Assembly (NCBI GenBank): GCA_965214805.1
Contig: OZ243982.1
Location: forward strand, 2,748,088 to 2,812,087
Reading direction: 5' to 3'
DNA length: 64,000 bases
Origin: Thermoanaerobaculia bacterium
Lineage (GTDB): Bacteria; Acidobacteriota; Thermoanaerobaculia; Multivoradales; Multivoraceae
Positions 1 through 9,152 of the stretch are shown one piece after another. Below the pieces are notes generated by a model, which made no database searches, was not told the DNA's origin, and worked only from the letters and a program-made list of their open reading frames with translations. The translations under genes were made by a program, and so were the position numbers. How positions within the stretch are numbered: position 1 is the first letter of the stretch; each line of letters begins with the position of its first letter.

Positions 1-1530
1 CGGCATCGTGTACCGGGCGCGCCAGACTTCGCGCTGGCCGACCGGATCCCAGGCCAGCAGGTGGCCCGAGAGCAGGGCCGGCGGCGCATCCTCGGCGAGC
101 ATCTGGCCCGACAGGCCCGTGGCGTCGACGATCGCCTGGGGGATGTCCTCGGGCGCGGCCGCACGCACTCCCAGGTTCCACTGGCCCGGCGTGTACTCGA
201 AGTCGGGATCCGGGACGTAGAAGTTCGACATCTCCATCGCCGGGATGTACACGAGTCCGGTGTCGGGACTGAACGCCATCGGATGCCAGTTGTGCCCGCC
301 GAGCGGTCCTGGCGAGACGGCGGCGATCTGGTCGGTGTAGCGGGCGCCGGCCAGTTCGACCGGACGGCCGGACGCGAGGTCGACGTGGCTGGCCCAGGTC
401 ACGGTGACGAACTCCTCGGCCGAGATCAGTTCGCCGGTTCGGCGATCGAGGACGTAGAAGAAGCCGTTCTTGGGCGCCTGCATCAGTACCTGACGCACCC
501 GGCCACCGATCGGCAGTTCGGCAAGCATGATCGGCTGCGTGGCGGTGTAGTCCCAGGTGTCGCCGGGAGTTGTCTGGTAGTGCCAGACGTACTCGCCGGT
601 GTCGGGCCGCAGCGCCACGATCGACGACAGGAACAGGTTGTCGCCGCCGCCGGGACTGCGGAGGTTCCGGTCCCACGGCGCCCCGTTGCCGACGCCGATG
701 TAGAGCAGATCGAGCTCCGGGTCGTAGACGATCGAGTCCCACACCGTGCCGCCGCCGCCGCCCGTCCACCACTCGCCGTTCCAGGTCTCGGCGGCCATGC
801 GCATCGCCTCGTTCTCGAAGCCGTCGGCGGGGTTGCCCGGCACGGTATGGAAGCGCCAGACCCGTTTACCGGTCTCGGCGTCGTAGGCGTCGACGTAACC
901 GCGCACGCCGTACTCGGCACCGCTGTTGCCGATGATCACCTTGCCCCTGGCGATCCGGGGAGCACCGGTGATCGTGTACATCGAGTCCTCGGGCACGGTC
1001 ATCGTCGACCAGGCGATGTGGCCCGTCTCGGCGTCCAGGGCGATCAGCCGGCCGTCGAGCGTGGCCGAGATCACCTTGCCGCGGTAGAGCGCGGCACCTC
1101 GGTTCACTGCGTCGCAGCAGGTCTTCATCGCGACGGAACGCGGCACCAGGGGATCGTGGGTCCACAGCGGTTCCCCGGTCACCACGTCCAGGGCGTAGAT
1201 CACGTTCCAGGCGCCGGTCGCGTACATGACGCCGTCGACGACGAGCGGCGTGGCCTCGAGGCCCCGCTTCGTGTTGGTCTCCTTGACCCAGGCGATGCCG
1301 AGCTCGCCCACGTTGCCGTCGTGGATCTGGTCGAGCGGACTGTAGCGCTGCTCCTTGTAGGTGCCGCCGTAGGTCAGCCAGTCGCCGGTGCGGCCGGCGG
1401 CGCCGACCAGTGCCGCGTCGTCGACCGCGTAGGCGGCCTCCGCACGGCGCGGCTGCGAGAAGGCGGCGGTCGCAATCAGGACCGCTGCCACTGCAAGGGC
1501 GGCACGGACGAGAAGGGTGCGCGATCGCAT
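1..1530 (-). CDS. PQQ-dependent alcohol dehydrogenase, type I (MxaF/ExaA/XoxF family). The 3' end runs off the window.
   Basis: Hand translation of the minus strand from the ATG at 1530 gives MRSRTLLVRAALAVAAVLIATAAFSQPRRAEAAYAVDDAALVGAAGRTGDWLTYGGTYKEQRYSPLDQIHDGNVGELGIAW...KTCCDAVNRGAALY...GNSGAEYGVRGYVDAYDAETGKRVWRFHTVP...GDNLFLSSIVALRPDTGEYVWHYQTTPGDTWDYTA. This shows a signal peptide, the vicinal Cys-Cys and the W-D-Y motif of quinoprotein ADHs. It is not in the ORF track because it has no in-window stop. Confidence 0.85.
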   Translation of the reverse strand, partial: MRSRTLLVRAALAVAAVLIATAAFSQPRRAEAAYAVDDAALVGAAGRTGDWLTYGGTYKEQRYSPLDQIHDGNVGELGIAWVKETNTKRGLEATPLVVDGVMYATGAWNVIYALDVVTGEPLWTHDPLVPRSVAMKTCCDAVNRGAALYRGKVISATLDGRLIALDAETGHIAWSTMTVPEDSMYTITGAPRIARGKVIIGNSGAEYGVRGYVDAYDAETGKRVWRFHTVPGNPADGFENEAMRMAAETWNGEWWTGGGGGTVWDSIVYDPELDLLYIGVGNGAPWDRNLRSPGGGDNLFLSSIVALRPDTGEYVWHYQTTPGDTWDYTATQPIMLAELPIGGRVRQVLMQAPKNGFFYVLDRRTGELISAEEFVTVTWASHVDLASGRPVELAGARYTDQIAAVSPGPLGGHNWHPMAFSPDTGLVYIPAMEMSNFYVPDPDFEYTPGQWNLGVRAAAPEDIPQAIVDATGLSGQMLAEDAPPALLSGHLLAWDPVGQREVWRARYTMP

Positions 1531-1596
1531 CCTCGTTGGCTTCATGTCGTTGGCGTCATGATGTCGAGATCTTCCGGGAACGCTCGGCCGGCGGCG

Positions 1597-3627
1597 CTAC
1601 GCGCCGGGCTCAGCCTCCGCCGCTGTCGCGGGCAGGGCGAGAACGACGAGTTCGGGCGGGGTACCACCGCCGCCGATGCCGAACCTGCCGCCTCCGGTGG
1701 CGACAGCCAGGTACTGCCTGCCGCCGTGTTCGTAGCTGATCACGTTCGAGTTCGGTGTCTGCGGCAGTTCGATGCCGCCCAGGTACTCGCCGGTCGCCTT
1801 GTCGTAGACGCTGATCTCCGGCGGTACGTCGGGTTCGGCAGCCCCGGGATCGTCGGTGTGTTCGCGAGCCGCAGTGACGAGGAGCAGGGTGGGCGTGACC
1901 AGCGGTGCGGCGGTGTGGTTGGCCCGGCCGAGCCGGCCGAGTTCGAGGTGGGCGATGGCCGGATGGTGCACCGGCCCGACGCCGTGCGGGGCCATCCAGA
2001 GGTGCTCGCCCGTGTTCAGGTCGATCGCCGTGATCCGGCAGTAGGGCGGTTTCACCAACGGAAGCCCCCGGGGGCCTTCGACAGTCGCGTACCACCGGTC
2101 CGGCACGAAGTTCAGGTTGGATCGGTTCGGATCGGGCTCGATCAGGGAAACGCTTGCCGCCCGGGTATGGGAGACCACGTAGAGCACGTCGGTCTCGGGA
2201 TCGACCGCGGCGCCGGTCCAGTTCGCCCCGCCGCCGTCGGCCGGCATCTGGACGGTCGGCTTGCCGCTTCCCTCGATCCGCGGCGGCGTGTACAAGGGCA
2301 CGAGGTCGTAGTCGGCGGCGATCTCCAGCGCCTCGGCGCGGAGTTCGGGGGTCCAGTCGATCAGGTCGTCCTCGGTGATGCCCTGGCGGTCGAACGGCGC
2401 CGGCCGGGTGGGGAAGGGCTGGGTCGGCGATGCGCGCTCGCCCGGCACGTTGCTGGGCGGCACTTCGCGCTCCTCGATCTCCCACACCGGCTTGCCGGTC
2501 GTGCGGTCGAAGACGAAGGCGAAGGCCTGCTTGGTGACCTGGACCACGCCCTTCATCCGCCGGCCGTCGATGGTCGCCTCGAACAGATTGGGGGCGGTCG
2601 GCGGGTCGTAGTCCCAGAGGCCGTGATGCACGAACTGGTAGTGCCACCGGCGCTTGCCGGTCTCGCAGTCGACCGCGACGATGCTCTCGGCGTACAGGTT
2701 GTCTCCGAGCCGGTGGCCGCCGTAGAGGTCGTTCGTCGGCGTGCCGATCGGCAGGTAGGCGGTTCCGGCTTCCTCGTCGACCGCGATCATCGACCAGACG
2801 TTCGTGTTGCCGCTGTAGCGCCAGGACTCGTCCTCCCAGGTCTCGACGCCCGGCTCGTCCTCCTGGGGGATGGTGTGGAAGACCCAGGCGAGTTCGCCGG
2901 TCGGAATGTCGTAGGCGCGCACGAAGCCGGGCGGCGCCTCCTTGTGGGTGACGCCGTCGGAGACGATCGAGCCGACGATCACCGTGTTGCCGCAGATCGC
3001 CGGCGGCGAGCTGTGGGTGGTGCGGCTCTCCATCACCATGCGGCCGAGATGGGGCGTCATCTCGACCGCGCCGCCGTCGCCGAATGCCGGGTCCGGCTTG
3101 CCTGTTCCGGCGTCCAGCGAGACGAGCCGGCGGTCGTGGGTGGGAATGAGCACTCGCTCCCGCTCGCCGTCCGTCCAGTAGGCGACGCCGCGGTGCTGGA
3201 AGCCGAGATTCGCGGGCCGGCCGGCGCGCCAGCTCGTCGGGTCGTAGGTCCAGAGCGTCTCGCCGTTCCCGGCGTCGATCGCGGCGACCTGGCTGAGGGA
3301 GGTGGACACGTAGATCCGGCCGCCGACCTCGAGTGGGATCGCCTTGAACTCGCCGCGCCGCACGGTACTCGGGACTTCGGTGTCCGCGGCGATCGAGCGC
3401 CAGCGCCAGACGATCTCGACGTCCTGGAAGTTGTCGCGGTCGATCTGGTCGAGCGTCGAGTACTTGCTGTTGCCGGGATCGCCGCCGAAGGCCGGCCAAT
3501 CGCCGGAGGCGCCCGTCCGGGCGAGGACGGGCTGACCGGTGCACGCCGCGGCGAGCGTGAGGGCGGCCGCAGCGAACCGTGGAATGGCGTGCCTGGTCAG
3601 GACAGCAGGCCGATCAGGCGCGCCCAT
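1597..3627 (-). CDS. PQQ-dependent dehydrogenase (8-bladed beta-propeller quinoprotein, no CC pair). The likely start is the M at 3627 (MGAPDRPAVLTRHAIPRFAAAALTLAAAC...).
   Basis: ORF 1597..4050 minus. It contains WRYSGNTNVWS...HHGLWDYD and multiple W-containing propeller repeats. A signal-peptide-like N-terminus follows the internal M. The first 140 aa of the track ORF are Arg-rich and overlap the upstream gene. Confidence 0.85.
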   Translation of the reverse strand: MGAPDRPAVLTRHAIPRFAAAALTLAAACTGQPVLARTGASGDWPAFGGDPGNSKYSTLDQIDRDNFQDVEIVWRWRSIAADTEVPSTVRRGEFKAIPLEVGGRIYVSTSLSQVAAIDAGNGETLWTYDPTSWRAGRPANLGFQHRGVAYWTDGERERVLIPTHDRRLVSLDAGTGKPDPAFGDGGAVEMTPHLGRMVMESRTTHSSPPAICGNTVIVGSIVSDGVTHKEAPPGFVRAYDIPTGELAWVFHTIPQEDEPGVETWEDESWRYSGNTNVWSMIAVDEEAGTAYLPIGTPTNDLYGGHRLGDNLYAESIVAVDCETGKRRWHYQFVHHGLWDYDPPTAPNLFEATIDGRRMKGVVQVTKQAFAFVFDRTTGKPVWEIEEREVPPSNVPGERASPTQPFPTRPAPFDRQGITEDDLIDWTPELRAEALEIAADYDLVPLYTPPRIEGSGKPTVQMPADGGGANWTGAAVDPETDVLYVVSHTRAASVSLIEPDPNRSNLNFVPDRWYATVEGPRGLPLVKPPYCRITAIDLNTGEHLWMAPHGVGPVHHPAIAHLELGRLGRANHTAAPLVTPTLLLVTAAREHTDDPGAAEPDVPPEISVYDKATGEYLGGIELPQTPNSNVISYEHGGRQYLAVATGGGRFGIGGGGTPPELVVLALPATAAEAEPGA

Positions 3628-4070
3628 ATCGAGACACTGGTCCAGATGCCGATCGACAGCGCTCCGACCACCTTGGGCCAGTGTCCCAGCGTTCCTTCTT
3701 CGGCGAGCGCGACGCGCCGGCGGATCGTGAAAGTGAACAGCAGCCCGATGACGATGATCTGCATCTTCCACCAGAAGAACGGGCTGTAGTACTGCTTGAG
3801 CGCCGTGGAGAGCACCTGCGGCGCGCCGGTGACGAACAGGGCGACGAAACTCCAGATCATCCAGCGGTCCAGCTCCCGGGCGAGCCGGGCGGTCGGCGTC
3901 CTGGTCAGGCCGCGACCGAGCAGACGGATGTCGACCACCAGAACGGCGCCGGCAAATGCCACCAGGGCGACCAGGTGTGCGCACTGGATGATCGGCGACG
4001 CCCAGGTTTCCTCCAGCATCCAGGCACTGAAGGAGAGACCCTGCATCCACTCGAAAAAGGACTGCGTCAC
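3597..4070 (-). CDS. Small integral membrane protein (about 4 predicted TM helices) of unknown function, embedded in the PQQ-dehydrogenase cluster.
   Basis: ORF 3597..4070. The sequence is hydrophobic with aromatic-rich motifs (YYSPFFWWKMQIIVIGLLF). It is a paralog of the next gene. Confidence 0.6.
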   Translation of the reverse strand: MTQSFFEWMQGLSFSAWMLEETWASPIIQCAHLVALVAFAGAVLVVDIRLLGRGLTRTPTARLARELDRWMIWSFVALFVTGAPQVLSTALKQYYSPFFWWKMQIIVIGLLFTFTIRRRVALAEEGTLGHWPKVVGALSIGIWTSVSIWARLIGLLS

Positions 4071-4104
4071 CGGTTCGTCCTCCGCTCCCTTCTCGGCGAC
4101 CGCT

Positions 4105-4629
4105 TCAGGCGCCGATGTTCAGGTTGTTCCACCAGCCCGGCATCAGGCCGCTGTAGGCCATCATGCGGCCGGTGACCACCACGGCCGCCCAGAGCATCAG
4201 GGACACGACGCCGGCCAACCGGGCGTTCATCGGGATCTCGCGTCCCTGGTCCCATGCCTGCACCGACTTGTACGTCGCGTAGTGGAACCAGAACATGTTG
4301 ATGCCGGCGATCAGCATCAGCACCATCTTGGCCCAGAAGTAGAAGTTGCCGTAGTAGCGCATCGGCTGGCTGTAGAGGAGCAGTCCCCCGGTGATCAGGT
4401 TGATGCCGTAGCCGGTCAGCGCCCAAGGAAAGATCCGCGTGGGGATGCTGGACACCGGCACCTTCCTCAGCGTCAGCCCGACCAGCCGCATGTCCCAGAA
4501 GGCGATCAGGCCGGCGAACAGGCACATGCTGACGACGTGGGCCGTCAGCAGAGTCGGGTACGCGTTCAGCGATTCCCGCAGCGCGATGCTGCTGGGAAGC
4601 GCGTCGACCCACTCGAAGGCGCCACGCAT
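4105..4629 (-). CDS. Small integral membrane protein, a tandem paralog of 3597..4070.
   Basis: ORF 4105..4629. It has the matching motif YYGNFYFWAKMVLMLIAGINMF and the same topology pattern. Confidence 0.6.
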   Translation of the reverse strand: MRGAFEWVDALPSSIALRESLNAYPTLLTAHVVSMCLFAGLIAFWDMRLVGLTLRKVPVSSIPTRIFPWALTGYGINLITGGLLLYSQPMRYYGNFYFWAKMVLMLIAGINMFWFHYATYKSVQAWDQGREIPMNARLAGVVSLMLWAAVVVTGRMMAYSGLMPGWWNNLNIGA

Positions 4630-4708
4630 GATCAGCTACGGATGGTCGGAGGGCAAGGTCGGTCGACTCAGTCCGGTCGGCTCCGGTCTGGTCGGAACGG
4701 GCACCGGC

Positions 4709-5242
4709 CTACTTGCGGCAGCGATCGTTGTACTTCCGGTAGATCGCGTGGCAGTCCTCGCAGGCGCCGGCCAACTGGTTGGTCAGGTCGCTGACCGTCT
4801 CCCGGTCCTCCTCGTGCGCCGCGGCGTAGATCTCCCTGGCGACCTCGGTCAACTGCCTGGCGTACTTCCGGTAGTCCTCGTTGGCCACCGGCGCGTCCTT
4901 GCCGTTCTCGCACTTGCGGTCGGCGTTCATGATCAGCGGCTCGACCTCGGCCAGCGCCAGAGCCGCCTGCTGCGGCACCTTCCAGCCGGTGTAGATGCCG
5001 GAGAACAGGGACGACGCGGAGCGGTCGTCCTCGCTCACGGCTTCGGGCGGCGCACCCGGGTCCGTGGTCTGGACGTCGAAGAGGAAGTTCGAGTTCGGGA
5101 ACAGGATGGCGCGCATCAGTTCGGCCAGGTTGCCGACCGGCTCCTCGTGCTCGGAGGCGGTGACGGGCGTCGCAGCGATCGTCGTGCAGGCAGCGAGGAC
5201 AACGAAGGCCGCCGAAATCGCTGCCAGGTTCTTCCAACGCAT
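4709..5242 (-). CDS. Class II-like c-type cytochrome (C-terminal CXXCH), the probable electron acceptor for the PQQ dehydrogenases.
   Basis: Internal start MRWKNLAAISAAFVVLAACTTIAAT (signal peptide) at 5242, with a GGAGA ribosome-binding site 8 nt upstream. CEDCH heme motif lies near the C-terminus (…LAGACEDCHAIYRKY…). Confidence 0.7.
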   Translation of the reverse strand: MRWKNLAAISAAFVVLAACTTIAATPVTASEHEEPVGNLAELMRAILFPNSNFLFDVQTTDPGAPPEAVSEDDRSASSLFSGIYTGWKVPQQAALALAEVEPLIMNADRKCENGKDAPVANEDYRKYARQLTEVAREIYAAAHEEDRETVSDLTNQLAGACEDCHAIYRKYNDRCRK

Positions 5243-5346
5243 ATCCGGAATCTCCTTCACTTCAGAGGGCTGCTCGTGGGTGTTGTCTGCGGTGGGTCTG
5301 CGCCGCGCGAGTGTAACAGCCTGCAGCAGACGCCCGGATCCGGAGT

Positions 5347-6928
5347 CTTGTCCCATGAGAGATGAGCCTGAAGCGGCGGTGTCAATCCCACGAGAGATGA
5401 GCCTGAGCAGGTGTCGGGGATCATCGGAGGATGATCCTGCAACTCGACATCGAACGGCTGCGGACCCTGGACGAGGTCCGCGATTTCATGGCCGGCAGCA
5501 CGCCGGTCGACTTCCGGTTCGTGGAGCGGGCCGATGCTTACGCCTTCGTGCGGCGTTTCCTGGTGCGTTCCCGGTACCTGCGGCTGCCGCGGTCGGACAA
5601 GGGTCTGGTGCGGCGGTTCCTGATCAAGGTGACGGGATTCAGCCGGGCTCAGACGGCGCGTCTGATCACCCAGTACCGGGAGACCGGGCGCATCGAGGAT
5701 CGGCGGCGGGGTCCGAAGCGTCCGTTCCGCCGTCGCTACACGAAGGAGGACATCCGTCTGCTGGCCGAGGTCGACGAGTCCCTGTCCGGTCCTTGCGGTC
5801 CGGGTGGTCCGTGCGGCGCTGTCACGCGGCGCACGATGCAGCGTCAGTACGAGGTGCACGGCGATGCGCGGTTCAAGCGTCTGGCGGGGCTCTCCCACAG
5901 CCATCTGTACCGTCTTCGCCAGTCCGTGACGTACCGCCGCCGCCGTCTGACGGTGGTGAAGACGCGGCCGACCCGGGTGCGCATCGGGGAGCGCCGCAAG
6001 CCTCATCCGGCCGGTCAGCCGGGTTATCTGCGCGTGGACACGGTGCATCAGGGCGATCTCGATGGCAGGAAGGGCCTGTACGAGATCAATCTCGTGGACG
6101 AGGTCACGCAGTACGAGTTCGTGGCCGCCACGGAGGGCATATCGGAGCGGTTCCTGATCCCGGCTCTGCAAGGCGCGATCGAGGCTTTCCCCTTCAACGT
6201 CAAGGGTTTCCACGTCGACAACGGCTCCGAATTCGTCAACCACAAGGTCGCCGCGCTGCTGAACAGGCTGCACGTCGAAGAGTTCACGAAGTCCCGCCCG
6301 AGACGCTGCAACGACAACGCCCTGGTCGAGAGCAAGAACGCCTCGGTGGTGCGGCGCTACCTCGGCCACGACCACATTCCTCGCCATCACGCGGCCCTCG
6401 TCGACCGCTTCCTGCGCGACGTGCTCGCCCCCTTCCTCAACTACCACCGGTGCTGCCACTTCCCCGTCGAGGCGCGGGACGCCAAGGGACGCGTGCGCAA
6501 GACCTACCCCTTCGAGAAGGTCACCACGCCCTACTTCAAGCTGAAGTCCCTCGACGGCGCCGCGCGGTACCTGCGGCCCGGCGTCACCTTCGAGCAGCTC
6601 GACCGTCAGGCCCTGGCCATCGACGACCTCGCCGCCGCCAAGGCAGTCAACGAGGCTCTCGCCGCGCTCTTCGCCGAGATCCGGCGACGCGACGCTGTCG
6701 CATGAGCGAACAGCCCCCGGCATCCGCGAAACGGAACCTGCCAATGGCCGACACGACACTCACTCCGCGCACCTCGACCGCCGCCTCGCGGTCCCCGCGC
6801 TACCGCTGGTCTCTGGTGCTGATCTCTGCTTCGCTCCGATCAGCAGTCCTGAAAACTGCCCCGACGCTCTCGCCTTGACTCGACTCCCGAACAACCGCCG
6901 TTCAGGCTCATCTTTGAATGGGACTAGG
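5347..6928 (+). mobile_element. Insertion sequence (about 1.58 kb) with imperfect ~40-bp terminal inverted repeats and a single rve/DDE transposase.
   Basis: Left end ...cttgtcccatgagagatgagcctgaagcggcggtgtcaatccc. The reverse complement of the right end is ctagtcccattcaaagatgagcctgaacggcggttgttcggga. The motif 'cacgagagatgagcctga' is tandemly repeated inside the left end. Confidence 0.75.
5431..6705 (+). CDS. DDE transposase with an integrase core (rve) domain and an N-terminal HTH.
   Basis: ORF 5431..6705. Catalytic triad context: VDTVHQGDLD ... HVDNGSEFVNH ... CNDNALVESKNASVVRR, with D-D-(35)-E spacing. Confidence 0.85.
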   Translation: MILQLDIERLRTLDEVRDFMAGSTPVDFRFVERADAYAFVRRFLVRSRYLRLPRSDKGLVRRFLIKVTGFSRAQTARLITQYRETGRIEDRRRGPKRPFRRRYTKEDIRLLAEVDESLSGPCGPGGPCGAVTRRTMQRQYEVHGDARFKRLAGLSHSHLYRLRQSVTYRRRRLTVVKTRPTRVRIGERRKPHPAGQPGYLRVDTVHQGDLDGRKGLYEINLVDEVTQYEFVAATEGISERFLIPALQGAIEAFPFNVKGFHVDNGSEFVNHKVAALLNRLHVEEFTKSRPRRCNDNALVESKNASVVRRYLGHDHIPRHHAALVDRFLRDVLAPFLNYHRCCHFPVEARDAKGRVRKTYPFEKVTTPYFKLKSLDGAARYLRPGVTFEQLDRQALAIDDLAAAKAVNEALAALFAEIRRRDAVA

Positions 6929-7012
6929 CTTCCGGCTCCGGCTGGCGGCCAGGGACGAGAAGAACCGGGCGACCGAGCCGCGGCTCGGCGAGTTGAACGC
7001 CGCGCTGCATGG

Positions 7013-7275
7013 TCTTCTCCCACGAGAGAGATGAGCCTGAGGCAGCGGTGTCAATCCCACGAGAGATGAGCCTGAGCGGGTGTCGGGGATCGTTGACGCG
7101 TCCGGCGAGCCGCGCCTGCCACAGCAGCAGGCCGGTCTGGATGGTCTTTGGAGGATGATCCTGAACTCGACACCGAACGGCTGCGGACCCTGGACGAGGT
7201 CCGCGACTTCATGGCCGGCAGCGCTTCATCGCCGGCAGCGCGCCGGTCGCCTTCCGGTTGGTGGAGCGGTCCGAC
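7013..7275 (+). mobile_element. Truncated second copy of the IS left end (inverted-repeat left arm plus the first ~70 codons of the transposase, carrying indels).
   Basis: 7013-7275 is roughly 90% identical to 5343-5520, including gtctt(g/c)tccca(t/c)gagag...atgagcctga and ggaggatgatcctg-aactcgac...gtccgcgacttcatggccggcagc. It carries a 1-nt deletion and a small internal duplication. Confidence 0.65.
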
Positions 7276-7296
7276 GCGGACTCCTGTGGCGGGCTG

Positions 7297-7833
7297 CTAG
7301 TCGTCCGATCCCTCGTCTGCGGGGGGCTGGACGAGTTCGAATGTCGTGGTCGTGGCGATGAGCCACTGCATCTCGAGACCCGCGGTGCGGTGGACGGCGA
7401 ACTCGGCGACTCGCGGATCGCCCGCGATGCGCAGAAACTCGGAGCGCGAGGGGTACTCCATCAGGGCGACCACGTCGAAATGCTCTTCCGTGTCGCCGAT
7501 CACGAGCGAATCGACGCGCCCGGACCAGATCAGCCGGGCGCCCTGGGAAGTGACCCACTCGACCATCCGGGCGCCGTACTTCCCGTAGGCCTCCTCGCCG
7601 GAGAGGCCTTCATCGGGAGCGTCGGCCTTGTCCTTGAACCGGAGCAGGTTGACCATGACGACCGGACCCTCGGCCGGCCCCTGGAGGAGTTTCTCGATCT
7701 GTTCGGGTTCGGGTGCGATCTGGGCCATGGCGCCTCCGGCGGTCAGTGCGGTGAGGGCAAACAGGAGGAACGTGGCGGGAGGCAGTACCTTGGCGGAAGG
7801 CAGTAGCCCGGCAGGGGAAAGGGGTCGGATCAT
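7297..7833 (-). CDS. Secreted DUF1330-family protein.
   Basis: ORF 7297..7833. Signal peptide MIRPLSPAGLLPSAKVLPPATFLLFALTALTAGGAMA, followed by a DUF1330-like core (VVMVNLLRFKDKA...YGKYGARMVEWVTSQGARLIWSGRV). Confidence 0.65.
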   Translation of the reverse strand: MIRPLSPAGLLPSAKVLPPATFLLFALTALTAGGAMAQIAPEPEQIEKLLQGPAEGPVVMVNLLRFKDKADAPDEGLSGEEAYGKYGARMVEWVTSQGARLIWSGRVDSLVIGDTEEHFDVVALMEYPSRSEFLRIAGDPRVAEFAVHRTAGLEMQWLIATTTTFELVQPPADEGSDD

Positions 7834-7873
7834 CGATTGGCTCCCTTCTTGGGGGATGTCAGCCGGTGGGGCG

Positions 7874-9130
7874 TCACGCGGCCGAGCGGACCGCCATGGG
7901 CTGGAGTTTCATGTAGGTGAGCGAGCGCCACAGCCACTCCAGCGGGCCGAAGCGGAAGCGCGCGAGCCACCAGGGCGACCAGAGCAGCTGGAGGGCCCAG
8001 ATCGCGGCGACGATCGCGATCTGGGTGAGGCGGTCGACCCGCTCGAACAGGCCGAGGCCGTGGCCGTAGAAGATCAGGGTGCAGATGACGCTCTGGCTGA
8101 TGTAGTTCGTGAACGCCATCCGTCCGGCGGCCTGGAGCCGGCGCTGCAGGCCGGGAAGCCAGCCGTTCCGGACCGCCAGCATGACCAGGGCGACGTAGCC
8201 GAGGAAGACACCCAGCGAACCGACGTAGTTGAACATCGTGCCCTGGAACATGGAGTGCTCGAACGCGAAGTCGTGCCGGTGGTTGAAGATCACTCCGGCG
8301 GCAACGACCGGAAAGCCGAGCCCGAATCCGGCCGCCGCCAGACGCCGGTAGAACGCGGACGAACTCCGGGCCGAGAGCACGCCGAGCCTGTAGAGGCCCA
8401 TGCCCACCAGCATCAGGCCGCCCGAGCGCCAGAAGAAGATGAGCAGGAAGACGAATGTCTCGAGTTGCAGAGCGTCCGTGGTGCGGTGCGGCATCTGCTC
8501 CAGCCAGCCGCTCCTGTAGGCTGCGGTCTCGGCCTCGACTTCGGCGATCGGCGGCGCCCAGTCCCGCGCCATGACATCCCTTGTCTCGGCGGGCATTTCG
8601 GGAATCGAGAGGCCGGTGAGCAGGAAGAGAACGACGGTGACGGAGGTCATGGCGAATCCGGCGATGATCAGCCGCCGCGGCCGCACGTTGCGCAGGCTGT
8701 AGAGGATGAAGCCGCACAGCGCGTACGGCACCAGGATGTCGCCGTACCAGATCAGGTGGGCGTGAGCGAGACCCAGGACCAGCAGCCAGAACTGCCGCCG
8801 GTAGTGGACACCGGCGGCCGATGCGCCGCGGGAAGCAGCCCGCTCGGCCATCAGGGCCATGCCGGCGCCGAACAGCATGGAGAAGATCGACATGAACTTG
8901 GTGTCGAAGAACACGTGGGTCAGGACCCAGACCGGGAAGCCGACGCCCTCCAGCTTGTCGTTCGCGGCAGGGTTCAGATACGCGGCCGAGATCATCGAAT
9001 AGCTCTGCACGTTCATCGCCAGGATGCCGAGCACGGCAAAGCCGCGCAGGACGTCGATGGCCGCGATCCGTTCGCCGGCCCTGACGGGGGCCGCCTTCGG
9101 TGCGGCGGTGGCTGGCGCCATGACGGTCAT
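7874..9130 (-). CDS. DUF418 (YeiB-like) multi-pass membrane protein.
   Basis: ORF 7874..9130. Contains AIDVLRGFAVLGILAMN... and the C-terminal GPLEWLWRSLTY motif. Confidence 0.75.
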   Translation of the reverse strand: MTVMAPATAAPKAAPVRAGERIAAIDVLRGFAVLGILAMNVQSYSMISAAYLNPAANDKLEGVGFPVWVLTHVFFDTKFMSIFSMLFGAGMALMAERAASRGASAAGVHYRRQFWLLVLGLAHAHLIWYGDILVPYALCGFILYSLRNVRPRRLIIAGFAMTSVTVVLFLLTGLSIPEMPAETRDVMARDWAPPIAEVEAETAAYRSGWLEQMPHRTTDALQLETFVFLLIFFWRSGGLMLVGMGLYRLGVLSARSSSAFYRRLAAAGFGLGFPVVAAGVIFNHRHDFAFEHSMFQGTMFNYVGSLGVFLGYVALVMLAVRNGWLPGLQRRLQAAGRMAFTNYISQSVICTLIFYGHGLGLFERVDRLTQIAIVAAIWALQLLWSPWWLARFRFGPLEWLWRSLTYMKLQPMAVRSAA

Positions 9131-9152
9131 GCGGCTGCAGGCTGCTGGTCGA

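Noticed and set aside
61-3789. A 1242-aa plus-strand ORF spanning the first 3.8 kb. Similar giant ORFs occur at 10094..12418 (-), 16208..19849 (+), 26063..28525 (-, upstream part) and 28921..30636 (-, upstream part).
   Set aside because: The translations are Arg/Gly/Ala/Pro-rich low-complexity strings with no motifs. They lie antisense to, or out of frame with, genes that show clear conserved motifs. These are typical open-frame artefacts of about 68% GC DNA.
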